In this document: positions 16,402-26,098 of the stretch, piece by piece
Layout of the letters: the number at the start of each line of letters is the position of its first letter
Position numbering within the stretch: position 1 is the first letter of the stretch
From: Promethearchaeota archaeon
GTDB lineage: Archaea > Asgardarchaeota > Lokiarchaeia > Sigyniarchaeales > Promethearchaeaceae
DNA: 32,000 bases
Direction of reading: 5' to 3'
Assembly: GCA_016933055.1 (NCBI GenBank)
Contig: JAFGBS010000033.1
Location: forward strand, 60,001 to 92,000
Position numbers and translations under genes: made by a program
The notes under the pieces: generated by a model
Told to the model about the DNA's origin: nothing
The model's database searches: none
What the model saw: the letters and a program-made list of their open reading frames with translations, nothing else

Positions 16402-17228
16402 TGTATGAAACCATGACTATTCGAATTGATATTTGTCTAGATGTTCATTTGAAGTATTTAAGTTTTATTTGTTATATCTACTTACGTCATCTGCATTTAA
16501 CGTATATTCATATCCTCGCATAATCTTGTATTTTCTTGGATATGATAGAGTACCTTTAATATTGGGTATAAATTTTAGATGAATTCTAAGACGTGGTCCT
16601 TTTGCTTGATTATTAAGGTTAAGGTAAAAAGTTGGAGAATAGAAATTAATCCATCAATCAAATAGATGATGTGACATTTTAAGCATAATTGATTAAAATA
16701 TTTGCAATGGTAATTAAAAAACTAAATTTTGTGAATCCAATAGGTCGATGGGTTTTTATGGCGGATTGTGATTTGGTCTTGGGATTTCAATCCGTTCTGT
16801 ATCTCTCAAATAAAGGATGGATATACGTGAAACTATAACCAGTGTTGATTTTCCTAAGAAATTATTTTATAAAGTAATAAATCCTTCTTAGATTACATTT
16901 CCTGTGAACGTACATCAAGGAACAATAAGTTTCATTTGAAAAGATCAAAATCATACTATCATAAAATAGGTGGTGGAATTTACACCAAAAACCATGTGCA
17001 AATCATCTAAATTTGGATTTCTCTGATTTTTGATCACAAAGTATCATAAACGCTTGAAATGTATCGGGGAAAAAAAAAACAATCACAGAGTAAAGTTATA
17101 ACAAAATGTAATTTTCGCAATAATATTTTTTGCAGAAAGATATTTTCCATAAGTAATTTTCTTTGAATCATGTGCATATTTTTTCCGGAAGAGAATTGGT
17201 TAGAAGCATAAATTGAGAGGATATATCT

Positions 17229-19163
17229 ATGAATTTCCATAAATCCAATAAAACTGAAAAGACCCAACTGAAACAGCGCATTTCTCAACTGGAAGAGGAG
17301 TTGTCTTTATATAAAAAGAAATTAATGCACCATCAAATCCTCACATCCACCAAAAATATAAACAACGCATTAGATGTCTCCAATGCTCCGATCTTTAGCG
17401 TAGATAATCATGGAAATATAAATATTTGGAATCAAGGAATTGCTCGAATCACTGGTTATTCATTTGATGACGTAGGCGGATTGAATATTGAGAATTTTAT
17501 TGAAAAAAAAAAGAAGTATCACACAAAACATATCATCAAACGTATCTTAAAGGGAGAAAAACTTTCTTTTGAGGAAATTGCCATTAAAACTAGTATCGAT
17601 ACTGAAGTTCATATACTCTCAAATCCAACCCCAATTAAGGACGATGATGGAACCATCATTGGATGTATTTTTATCGGTCAAGATATAACGGAAAGAAAGC
17701 TTATTGCCGCAGCACTTAGGGAAAGTGAAAATTTTTATCGCAGAATTACGGAAAATTCTTCAGATTTTATTCTTATTTTCAGTTCCACTCAACACATCGA
17801 TTATATAAGCCCTTCTGTCACTAATATCTTAGGATATACCATTGAAGAGTTCATCGAACTAAATTTATCAGATTTAATTTTACCAGATGATTATAAATCG
17901 TTTAATGCGGCTATGCGGAAATTTATCTCCAATCAGATTTTTGAACATATCGTCGATCTTCATATAAGACATAAAGATGGGACTTGGCGAGTCATTGAAT
18001 GCGTTGCTCAAAATTATCTTGATGATCCTATTCTCAACGGAATCGTGTTACGCTCTCGTAATGTGACTGAACGAAGAGAAATGGAAGAAATTTTAGAATT
18101 TGAACGAAATCAATTATTTACACTTTTTGATAGTATACCCAGTGCAATTTATATAGCTGATCCCATAGATTATGACGTATTATATGCAAATCTAACAGTA
18201 AGAAAAACTCTAGGGTACAATCCCGTGGGTGAAAAATGTCATAAGGTGTTTTTCGACTTAGAACTTCCATGTCCTGATTGTACAAACAAGGATTTGTTCG
18301 AAAAAGATGGGAAACCGATGAATTATATTTTTCAAAATCCAAAATTCAATCGCACCTACATGATTCTTGACCAATTCATCAAATGGCTAGATGGGAGAAC
18401 AGTACGCTTTGAAGTAGCTACTGACATAACTGAATTAAAGCAAACTCAGAAAGAATTGGAAACTAAAAATATGCTATTGCAACAAAAAAATGAAGAGTTA
18501 GAAAATTTCGCCTATTTTGCATCTCATGATCTTCCTGAACCTCTTAGAATGGTAAGTACGTATCTTTCTTTATTTGAGCGCAAATATAAAGAAAACTTAG
18601 ATGAAAAAGCAGATCTATACATTCATTACGCGGTCGATGGAGCAAATCGGATGAATGAAATGATTAAAGCATTACTCAAATACTCTAGAGTAGATAAAGA
18701 GCAAAACTTCTGTGAATTTGATGTAAATCAAAAAATTAGTGAAGCCCTTAACAATATCAAAATGTTGATCGAAGATTCCGGTGCAAAGATTACAATTGGA
18801 GAGATGCCGCAAATTTATGGGGAACCGATTTTGTTTACACAAGTTATCCAAAATCTTGTATCAAATGCAATTAAATTTTCAGATGAAAACCCAGAAATCG
18901 TAATTTCTGTGAAAAATCTTGAACATGAATGGGAATTTTCTGTAAAAGATAATGGTATTGGAATTGATAAACGATATTTTGAACAAATCTTCAATTTTAA
19001 ACGTTTACATCCACGAGATGAATATCCTGGGAGTGGAATTGGTTTACCATTATGTAAAAAAATTATCACCAATCATAACGGTCGTATCTGGTTGGAATCA
19101 AAACTATCCAAAGGCACGACATTTTATTTCATTATCCCAAAAAACTTGAGGAGAATAAATTGA
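17229..19163 (+). CDS. Cytoplasmic PAS-PAS-PAS sensor histidine kinase
   Basis: Three PAS/PAC repeats ending in QDITE, RNVTE and TDITE; H-box FASHDLPEPLR (His433); N-box QNLVSNAIKF; G1 VKDNGIG; G2 GSGIGL. No TM helix. Confidence 0.93.
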   Translation: MNFHKSNKTEKTQLKQRISQLEEELSLYKKKLMHHQILTSTKNINNALDVSNAPIFSVDNHGNINIWNQGIARITGYSFDDVGGLNIENFIEKKKKYHTKHIIKRILKGEKLSFEEIAIKTSIDTEVHILSNPTPIKDDDGTIIGCIFIGQDITERKLIAAALRESENFYRRITENSSDFILIFSSTQHIDYISPSVTNILGYTIEEFIELNLSDLILPDDYKSFNAAMRKFISNQIFEHIVDLHIRHKDGTWRVIECVAQNYLDDPILNGIVLRSRNVTERREMEEILEFERNQLFTLFDSIPSAIYIADPIDYDVLYANLTVRKTLGYNPVGEKCHKVFFDLELPCPDCTNKDLFEKDGKPMNYIFQNPKFNRTYMILDQFIKWLDGRTVRFEVATDITELKQTQKELETKNMLLQQKNEELENFAYFASHDLPEPLRMVSTYLSLFERKYKENLDEKADLYIHYAVDGANRMNEMIKALLKYSRVDKEQNFCEFDVNQKISEALNNIKMLIEDSGAKITIGEMPQIYGEPILFTQVIQNLVSNAIKFSDENPEIVISVKNLEHEWEFSVKDNGIGIDKRYFEQIFNFKRLHPRDEYPGSGIGLPLCKKIITNHNGRIWLESKLSKGTTFYFIIPKNLRRIN

Positions 19164-19600
19164 TTAGACGCACAGAAATCCTTTTGATTGATGATGATCC
19201 TGAGGATATAATGCTATTTACAAATCTGATAGAAGAATTTGATTCTCATATTAATCTTAAAATTGCACAAAACTATGTGGATGCGGTAGATCTTCTGTTT
19301 CAAAAACATTTCGATGAGATCCAGTCAAAACCCCATATAATTCTGTTAGAATTAACGATCTCAAATCATAAAGGTATACAGTTACTAAAATCCATAAAAG
19401 AACATTCCGAATATAGGAAAATACCCGTATTAGTGGTAACAAAGTCAAACAATTCCCATGATATATGGAATAGTTATGACTACAATGTAAATGCATACAT
19501 TCAGAAACCCAAATCCAAAGAGCGATATTTAAGTCTAATAAGTATAATGCTCAAATTTTGGATGGAAATGGTTTCCATACCAGATTATACATGGAGCTGA
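19160..19600 (+). CDS. Single-domain response regulator (Rcp1-like) with the phospho-acceptor Asp replaced by Glu
   Basis: TTG start overlapping the kinase stop. ILLIDDD, IILLELT (E at 19349-19351 in place of D), VVTKS, NAYIQKP. Confidence 0.85.
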   Translation: MIRRTEILLIDDDPEDIMLFTNLIEEFDSHINLKIAQNYVDAVDLLFQKHFDEIQSKPHIILLELTISNHKGIQLLKSIKEHSEYRKIPVLVVTKSNNSHDIWNSYDYNVNAYIQKPKSKERYLSLISIMLKFWMEMVSIPDYTWS

Positions 19601-20076
19601 TTGAAATTAAACCATTAAAATCAATATTACTAGTCGAGGATAATCCTGCCCATGTGTTAATCACCAAGGAAGCGTTTTCAGAAGTTAAACTAGAAAATGA
19701 CAACTATGATATCGAAATCATAGATGTTCGAGATGGTATTGAAGCATTAAAACTCCTTAGCAAATTTAAATCTCAAGGTAGTCTGCCAGATCTCATCTTG
19801 ATAGATATTAACATTCCCTTATTGAATGGTCTGGATTTATTAAAAAAAATAAAATCCCATAAGCATTATAAGCGCATTCCCTCCATTATAATCACTAATG
19901 GGTCACGCATACATGAAATAGAAGACGCTTATAAACGATATGCAAATGCATTTATCATCAAACCATTTAGGTATGATGATTTTCTGGAAATGATCCAAGT
20001 AATGAAACTCTTTTGGTTTGAATATGCAACCATACCGATAAACACGAATGGGAGATTGAACAAGAATGAGGGATGA
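19591..20076 (+). CDS. Single-domain response regulator (Rcp1-like)
   Basis: ILLVEDNP, DLILIDINIP..NG with the Asp intact, IITNGS, ANAFIIKP. The start is placed at ATG 19591 rather than 19558 because the receiver fold begins just after it and it overlaps the upstream stop. Confidence 0.9.
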   Translation: MELIEIKPLKSILLVEDNPAHVLITKEAFSEVKLENDNYDIEIIDVRDGIEALKLLSKFKSQGSLPDLILIDINIPLLNGLDLLKKIKSHKHYKRIPSIIITNGSRIHEIEDAYKRYANAFIIKPFRYDDFLEMIQVMKLFWFEYATIPINTNGRLNKNEG

Positions 20077-22375
20077 GAAAATTAAAGTTTTATTAATTGA
20101 AGATAATCCTGGTGATGCTTTTCTCATTCAAGAATATTTGGAAGAAATACAGAATGCGACATTTATGGTAACTTTCGTAGATAGTCTCGCAAAAGGGATC
20201 GCCGAATATCAGATGAAAGAATTTGACGTTGTACTCTTAGATTTGACTTTACCAGATAGCACCGGGTTTGATACATTCAGAGAAGCGTTCGTCCACTTAC
20301 ATGATATTCCCATCATTATTTTATCAGGACTAATCGAGGAATTAGCAATACATGCTGTGCAAGAAGGAGCACAAGATTATATTCCAAAAGGTAATTTTGA
20401 TGCACATACCTTATATCGTTCCATAAAATATGCTATCGAACGGAATAATCTTCAAAGGAAATTACGAGATTCTGAACAACAGTTTCGAGTAATTGCAGAA
20501 AATTCTTTGATGGGCATTTTATTGATGGAAAGTGGGGAAATAAAATACATGAACAATAAAATGGAAGATATTACAGGATTCACCTTCGAAGAAGCACAGC
20601 TCTGGGAGCGATATCATTTTGCAAAGCATATTTATCCCGATGATCGTCATTTAATCGAAGAATTGCGAGAAGACTTTTATAATCCGAAATCGGAATTCAA
20701 GCGTAATTTGATCATCCGTTGGATGAAGAAAGACTCCGAAATAATATATTGTGAAATATTTATGGGACGTGCACCCCATTTAGGGGAAAAATCCGTACTG
20801 ATATCTGCTATTGAAGTAACTGATAGGATCTTAACTGAACAAGCGTTAGCATCAGAAACCGAGCGACTTTCTGTTACTTTAGACAGTATCGGAGATGCGG
20901 TCATTGCAACCGATATTTATGGAATCATTAATATTATTAATCCCACAGCTGAATATCTCACCGGTTGGCCCCAAGACACGGCCATAGGAATGCCTTTGCA
21001 AAACATTTTTCAAGTCACGCTAGAAAAAAATGAGAATCAAACCATAGAATTTATGGACACGGTGATCAAGACCCAAGACGTTTATGAGGTAACAGAACCA
21101 TTACTCTTAAAGGCAAAATCAAAAGAAAACCACATTATTCAAGCCTCTGCTTCCCCAATAAAAGATAAAGATGACAACATTATTGGTATGATTCTAGTAT
21201 TTCGAGATATCACCGAGCAACGAAAATATAATATGAACCTAATGAAAGTCCAAAAATTGGAAGCATTAGGAATATTAGCGGGGGGTATCGCGCATGATTT
21301 CAATAATATTCTTCAAGCAATTCTTGGTAGCATTTCTTTAGCGCGTTTAGAATTACCAGCAGAATCTGATGCGAGTAAAATATTATTTTCAGCAGAGAAG
21401 GCATCAGTCCGAGCAAAAGCATTGACTAATCAACTTTTAGCTTTTGCTAAAGGAGGAGTGCCAGTCAAGAAGCCCTTATCTTTGGACGTGATTATCAAGG
21501 AGACTGCATCATTTTGTCTGATGGGTTCAAAAAATCGATGCGTTTTTGATATAGATCAGGATTTATGGTTGGTAGAAGGAGATGGAGGCATGCTCAGTCA
21601 AATGATCAACAATATTGTAATTAATGCCGATCAAGCGATGGTAATGCCTAATCGGGGGACTATCCGAATTAATGCTATGAATTTTGATACAGGCCTCCAA
21701 TCTGATGTAAATCCGCAGTTAAATGGCAAATATGTTAAAATTGAAATCCAAGATCAAGGGGGAGGAATTCCCAACTCCATAATACATAGTATTTTTGACC
21801 CTTATTTTACTACAAAACCAGACGGAAATGGTTTAGGATTAACAATGAGTTTTACGATTGCTAAAAACCATGGAGGTACTATTGACGTGGATTCTAAGGT
21901 CGGGAAAGGCACCAAATTCACGATTTACATACCCGCATCCAGTGAAACGAAATTTACGGAGGAACTTGTAGTCTTAGATCCCGAGCTGCAGAAGGGAAAA
22001 ATATTAATTATGGATGATGAAGAACCCATCCGCAAGATTTTAGGAGGAATGCTGAAGAAACTGGGATATGAAGTCGAGTTTGCTGAAAATGGCGAAGAAG
22101 CCATTACTAAATACACAGCGGTTTACAAATCCTCCAAATCCTTTCTGGCTGTTATTATGGATTTAACTATTCCTGGTAGTATGGGGGGAAAAGAAGCAAT
22201 TCGGAAATTACTCAAAATAGATCCAAATGTAAAAGCAATCGTGTCAAGTGGTTATTCTTCAGATCCAATTATGGCCGAATTTTCGAAATTTGGGTTTATC
22301 GGTGTATTATCTAAACCCTATACAATCGTAGAATTACAAAAAACTCTTTCTCGATCTTTAAATCATATTTCCTAA
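20066..22375 (+). CDS. Hybrid histidine kinase REC-PAS-PAS-HisKA-HATPase-REC
   Basis: N-terminal receiver (LLIEDNP, LLDLTLP), two PAS domains, H-box AGGIAHDFNNIL, NIVINADQA, QDQGGGI, FDPYFTTK..GNGLGL, C-terminal receiver (IMDDE, IMDLTIP, SKPY). Confidence 0.93.
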   Translation: MRDEKIKVLLIEDNPGDAFLIQEYLEEIQNATFMVTFVDSLAKGIAEYQMKEFDVVLLDLTLPDSTGFDTFREAFVHLHDIPIIILSGLIEELAIHAVQEGAQDYIPKGNFDAHTLYRSIKYAIERNNLQRKLRDSEQQFRVIAENSLMGILLMESGEIKYMNNKMEDITGFTFEEAQLWERYHFAKHIYPDDRHLIEELREDFYNPKSEFKRNLIIRWMKKDSEIIYCEIFMGRAPHLGEKSVLISAIEVTDRILTEQALASETERLSVTLDSIGDAVIATDIYGIINIINPTAEYLTGWPQDTAIGMPLQNIFQVTLEKNENQTIEFMDTVIKTQDVYEVTEPLLLKAKSKENHIIQASASPIKDKDDNIIGMILVFRDITEQRKYNMNLMKVQKLEALGILAGGIAHDFNNILQAILGSISLARLELPAESDASKILFSAEKASVRAKALTNQLLAFAKGGVPVKKPLSLDVIIKETASFCLMGSKNRCVFDIDQDLWLVEGDGGMLSQMINNIVINADQAMVMPNRGTIRINAMNFDTGLQSDVNPQLNGKYVKIEIQDQGGGIPNSIIHSIFDPYFTTKPDGNGLGLTMSFTIAKNHGGTIDVDSKVGKGTKFTIYIPASSETKFTEELVVLDPELQKGKILIMDDEEPIRKILGGMLKKLGYEVEFAENGEEAITKYTAVYKSSKSFLAVIMDLTIPGSMGGKEAIRKLLKIDPNVKAIVSSGYSSDPIMAEFSKFGFIGVLSKPYTIVELQKTLSRSLNHIS

Positions 22376-22559
22376 AATGTTCTAAATTTCGAAATTGTCC
22401 TTTTATAAACAAACAAATTAGGGATTGGAAATTCATCATAGCTATTTCACCTCTGTTTGTGAAAGAGAGTTCATTTTATCCAAATTTTCCAACGATATTT
22501 TTGGTTTTTAATTCTGCAAATTATGGTGAGTTTAAGTAAGAGTAGGAATAGTTCCACTC

Positions 22560-23621
22560 ATGCGAATTGTAGATCTTCGATCAGATACAGTTACCAAACC
22601 ATCCCCCGAAATGTGGGAAGCACTAAAATCAATGGATAACAATAAATTAGGAGATGATGTGGAGCATGAAGATCCTACAGTGAATAAATTGGAAGAAAAA
22701 GCGGCCAGGCTAATGGGGATGCCTGCAGCTTTGTTTGTGACATCGGGTACCCAGGGAAATCTTATTTCCATTTTATCTCAAACACGACCTGGAGAGGAGA
22801 TCTTGTTAGAGGAACACAGCCATGTAGTGAAATGGGAAGTTGGTGGGGTTGCTCGAATTGGGGGGCTGATGGTAAATACATTTCCCTCAGTAAAGGGGAC
22901 TTTTAATCCATCAACTCTCAGTTGGCTTGTCAGAGATTCTTCCGATATTCATCAACCTGTTACATCTATGATTGCATTAGAAAATACTCATAATTATCAC
23001 GGTGGAATAGCTTTAAAAACAGAATTGTTTAGTAAAACGCGTGACGTTGCCGATGAATTTAGTTTAAAAGTACATTTAGATGGTGCAAGAATATTCAATG
23101 CGTGTGTTGCACTAAAAGTACCTATTACCGAATATACAAGACATGTCCATTCGATTCAATTCTGCTTATCCAAGGGACTTTCTTGCCCTATAGGAAGTAT
23201 AATCGCTGGTTCGGAAGATTTTATTGAACACGCACGGAAAATACGTAAGTTAATCGGCGGTGGTTTCAGACAGGGAGGGATCATTGCAGTTATGGGATTA
23301 ATAGCACTTGAACCTAAATGGATACAAAGATTAGAAGAAGATCATGCGATAGCTAAACTGTTAGCTAAAAGTATCTCCGAAATTGAGGCAGAGAAACCAG
23401 TTCATGTCCCCACACCTGACACTAATATTGTGATGGTTGAATTTAAGCAAAACATCCCTATGGAAACAATTTATAAAGTAGTGAATGAACTGCATAAGCA
23501 AGGAGTACTTTGCTTCGACATGGGACCCCGAATCCGATTGGTTACGCATTATGGTATTACTAAGGAAGATATTGATTATTGCATCCCTATAATTCAAAAT
23601 ACTCTCTGTAATCTATTATAA
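22560..23621 (+). CDS. ltaE: Low-specificity L-threonine aldolase (PLP-dependent)
   Basis: DLRSDTVTKP, LFVTSGTQGN, LENTHN, HLDGARIFNA, FCLSKGL (PLP lysine), RKLIGGGFRQ. Confidence 0.92.
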   Translation: MRIVDLRSDTVTKPSPEMWEALKSMDNNKLGDDVEHEDPTVNKLEEKAARLMGMPAALFVTSGTQGNLISILSQTRPGEEILLEEHSHVVKWEVGGVARIGGLMVNTFPSVKGTFNPSTLSWLVRDSSDIHQPVTSMIALENTHNYHGGIALKTELFSKTRDVADEFSLKVHLDGARIFNACVALKVPITEYTRHVHSIQFCLSKGLSCPIGSIIAGSEDFIEHARKIRKLIGGGFRQGGIIAVMGLIALEPKWIQRLEEDHAIAKLLAKSISEIEAEKPVHVPTPDTNIVMVEFKQNIPMETIYKVVNELHKQGVLCFDMGPRIRLVTHYGITKEDIDYCIPIIQNTLCNLL

Positions 23622-23662
23622 ATGAAAATCGATTATCAGTTCTCGACGTATTATCCTATCAA

Positions 23663-24829
23663 TTAAGTATCCCTCAAAGGCTTAAGAACCCAACCTGCGG
23701 TTCGTTTCGTCAATGGACCCATGGAATCATGTTTCTTTATTTCAAATGGTTTGGGCATGAGAAAATTTCCCATTTCTTTTAACTCGATAGTTAATAACTC
23801 TAATTGGTTCTTTGATAATTCTCCGAAGAGAAAATACTTTATGAGGGGAGGATCCAGCTCCCAATCCCATATTCCTACTACAACTCCATTTAAAATTATG
23901 GTGTTTGTTGCATTTCCAGATCTATCAAAGATATAATCCTTTCCTTCTTCAATATATCGGTCCCGAAATTTATATCCCATAATATAAGGATCCAGAATGG
24001 GCAATAGGGAAATAATGGATTCATGAGCCGGATTTAAAACTTTTGCTAAAATTAACTGATCTGAAGAAATATAGAATTCTTGATTAAACGGATTCACATC
24101 AATCGTGGTCAATTTTAAAAATAATTTCTCAAGGCTTTCCTTAACAACAGTTTTTCCAAAACCCGTCCACCATACAATATCATTAAGACAAACTGGACCA
24201 TAATGGTTGACGTATTGAAGAATTATTTTCTCGATAGCTTCTTGTTCTGTTATAGAATCTAATTTAACATTTGGTACTGCTTCTTCGAATAATTCATATG
24301 TGTGCATTCTATCCAACCAATTATTTCGGGGTTTACTACGAACAATCAGTCCCAGATCTGATAAAATAATTAAGATCGAGGACAGATCTACATCCGTTTG
24401 CAATTTTTCTCTTATTTCTCTTATTGTTAGTGGTTTGTTTTTCAATAAATCCAAAATTCTCTCTTTATAGTCCAACAAGGTTTGGTTTCCTATTTTAATA
24501 TAATCCAAACGTTTTTGCATCTGTCTTAGACGATATTTCAGAGTTGCAACATGCATAGTAGGTATTAGATCTTCATGATGAAAAAACACCGTACCCCGAA
24601 TACATCGAATTTTCGCAATATTCTTACTTTTATATAGAAGTTCGTGCAAAACATCGGTTGTAAAGTCCTTGCCGCGACAAAATAGCGATATATATGCAGA
24701 AGAAGTATTTGTTGCATGCAAACCCAGTAAATCCGAAATAATTTGACTTATATTATTGGTATGCGTGTCTTTTGTTAAATGTGATTTCTCTAAAATAAAC
24801 CGATTTCCGATTTCTTTAGGCATATTCAT
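23663..24829 (-). CDS. AlkZ/YcaQ-like winged-helix DNA glycosylase (HTH_42 family)
   Basis: GLHAT...AYISLFCR, RCIRGTVF, YVNHYGPV...DIVWWTG, LLPILDPYIMGYKFR, IILNGVVVGIW. Likely start is ATG 24829 (MNMPKE); the ORF track start of 24919 adds a poorly supported extension. Confidence 0.85.
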   Translation of the reverse strand: MNMPKEIGNRFILEKSHLTKDTHTNNISQIISDLLGLHATNTSSAYISLFCRGKDFTTDVLHELLYKSKNIAKIRCIRGTVFFHHEDLIPTMHVATLKYRLRQMQKRLDYIKIGNQTLLDYKERILDLLKNKPLTIREIREKLQTDVDLSSILIILSDLGLIVRSKPRNNWLDRMHTYELFEEAVPNVKLDSITEQEAIEKIILQYVNHYGPVCLNDIVWWTGFGKTVVKESLEKLFLKLTTIDVNPFNQEFYISSDQLILAKVLNPAHESIISLLPILDPYIMGYKFRDRYIEEGKDYIFDRSGNATNTIILNGVVVGIWDWELDPPLIKYFLFGELSKNQLELLTIELKEMGNFLMPKPFEIKKHDSMGPLTKRTAGWVLKPLRDT

Positions 24830-25169
24830 CTTATATTCAATTTTGATAACGGGATCTAATAAATAAATAGAAAAGTCGTTTATCATATCAACTTCCAGAA
24901 ACGAATAGGATAGGCTCATTTAAGATGTAGGCACTCCTATACTTTCAAAGCTATACTAGGGTTAGATCTTTTTTGGATAGGCTTGAAGCATAGGGTGAAA
25001 AAGAATAGGGCTTTTTGAACACTGAACTTTAGGTTCCTAACCATTGGTTCAATATATATATCAAGAAAATTCCCAAACATAAAATAAATACAATTCTAAT
25101 TGATATAAGTAATATTTTTATTCACATCATGGATGTCCTTGGTTATTTAAAATTTTGTTAGGTGAAAAT

Positions 25170-26081
25170 ATGGTAAAAAAAAAACGGAAAACTCCATATG
25201 TACCTGGAATTGCCGCTATGAAATTCAAACCGAACCATGATTGGACCATGATGGAAGCAAAAGCACTTTTTTTGGATATGAATAGCAATCGAAACATTCC
25301 TCTTGACACAATTAAATATGAGGATTGCATAATCGGAATGAGATCTCTCTCTGAAAGATCTGTTGATTTAGTAGTTGCAGATCCACCTTTTGGTATCGAT
25401 TTTTCAGATAAAGAGAGTCTTTATAATCGTAATAGTAACCTTATTCTGGATGGATATGAAGAAGTGTCTAGGATTAAATATTCAGATTTTACCAGTTTAT
25501 GGATACATGAATTACCCAGGATTATGAAAAATACTGCTTCTGCTTATATTTTCTCAGGCTGGACAAACCTAAAAGAGATTTTAGAAGCAATAGGTCAGTC
25601 CGGATTATTTATAATTAATCATATAATATGGAAATACCAGTTTGGAGTATTTACAAAACGTAAATTTGTAACCAGCCATTATCATATATTATTTTGTGTG
25701 AAAAATCCGAAAAAATATTTTTTCAACAAAATTGAACATTACCCCGAAGATGTATGGATAATTCCACGGAGATATCGGCCAGGTCAATCAAAAAACAATA
25801 CAAGACTACCCGATGAAGTCGTATCTCGTTGCATTCATTTTTCATCTAGACCCGGAGATGTCGTATTTGATCCGTTTCTGGGTAATGGCACTACGGCAGT
25901 TTGTGCTATAGCCAACTTTCGACATTATTTTGGATTTGAGATCAATAAGAACATGAAGGAGATAATTGAAAAAAGCCTCTCCGAGACAGATTTAGGCAGA
26001 GATTATATTCCTTATACCGAATTGTTACCATCACTAGAAGAACTGGCAGAAAAATATCCTGCTGTTAAAAAAAGATTGTAA
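25170..26081 (+). CDS. Site-specific DNA methyltransferase (N4-cytosine/N6-adenine, beta-class order), orphan
   Basis: EDCIIGM, motif IV DLVVADPPF upstream of motif I VFDPFLGNGTT, GFEIN. ATG 25170 is preceded by GGTGA (SD-like). No restriction endonuclease is recognisable nearby. Confidence 0.9.
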   Translation: MVKKKRKTPYVPGIAAMKFKPNHDWTMMEAKALFLDMNSNRNIPLDTIKYEDCIIGMRSLSERSVDLVVADPPFGIDFSDKESLYNRNSNLILDGYEEVSRIKYSDFTSLWIHELPRIMKNTASAYIFSGWTNLKEILEAIGQSGLFIINHIIWKYQFGVFTKRKFVTSHYHILFCVKNPKKYFFNKIEHYPEDVWIIPRRYRPGQSKNNTRLPDEVVSRCIHFSSRPGDVVFDPFLGNGTTAVCAIANFRHYFGFEINKNMKEIIEKSLSETDLGRDYIPYTELLPSLEELAEKYPAVKKRL

Positions 26082-26098
26082 AAACCATTAAAATAATA

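Noticed and set aside
16465-16677. Minus-strand frame MSHHLFD-TGA-WINFY...RYNK, considered as a selenoprotein/readthrough product or gene remnant
   Set aside because: No Cys/Sec redox context, no SECIS-like hairpin seen and no family resemblance; an open stretch of this length can arise by chance.
16707-16838. 43-aa plus-strand ORF (MVIKKLNF...)
   Set aside because: No ribosome-binding site, motif or homology that I can recognise.
17034-17288. 84-aa minus-strand ORF
   Set aside because: It overlaps the kinase start and promoter and has low-complexity composition.
22445-22464. TTTCAC-N8-GTGAAA inverted repeat after the hybrid kinase
   Set aside because: A 6-bp AT-rich stem is too weak to call a terminator or operator.
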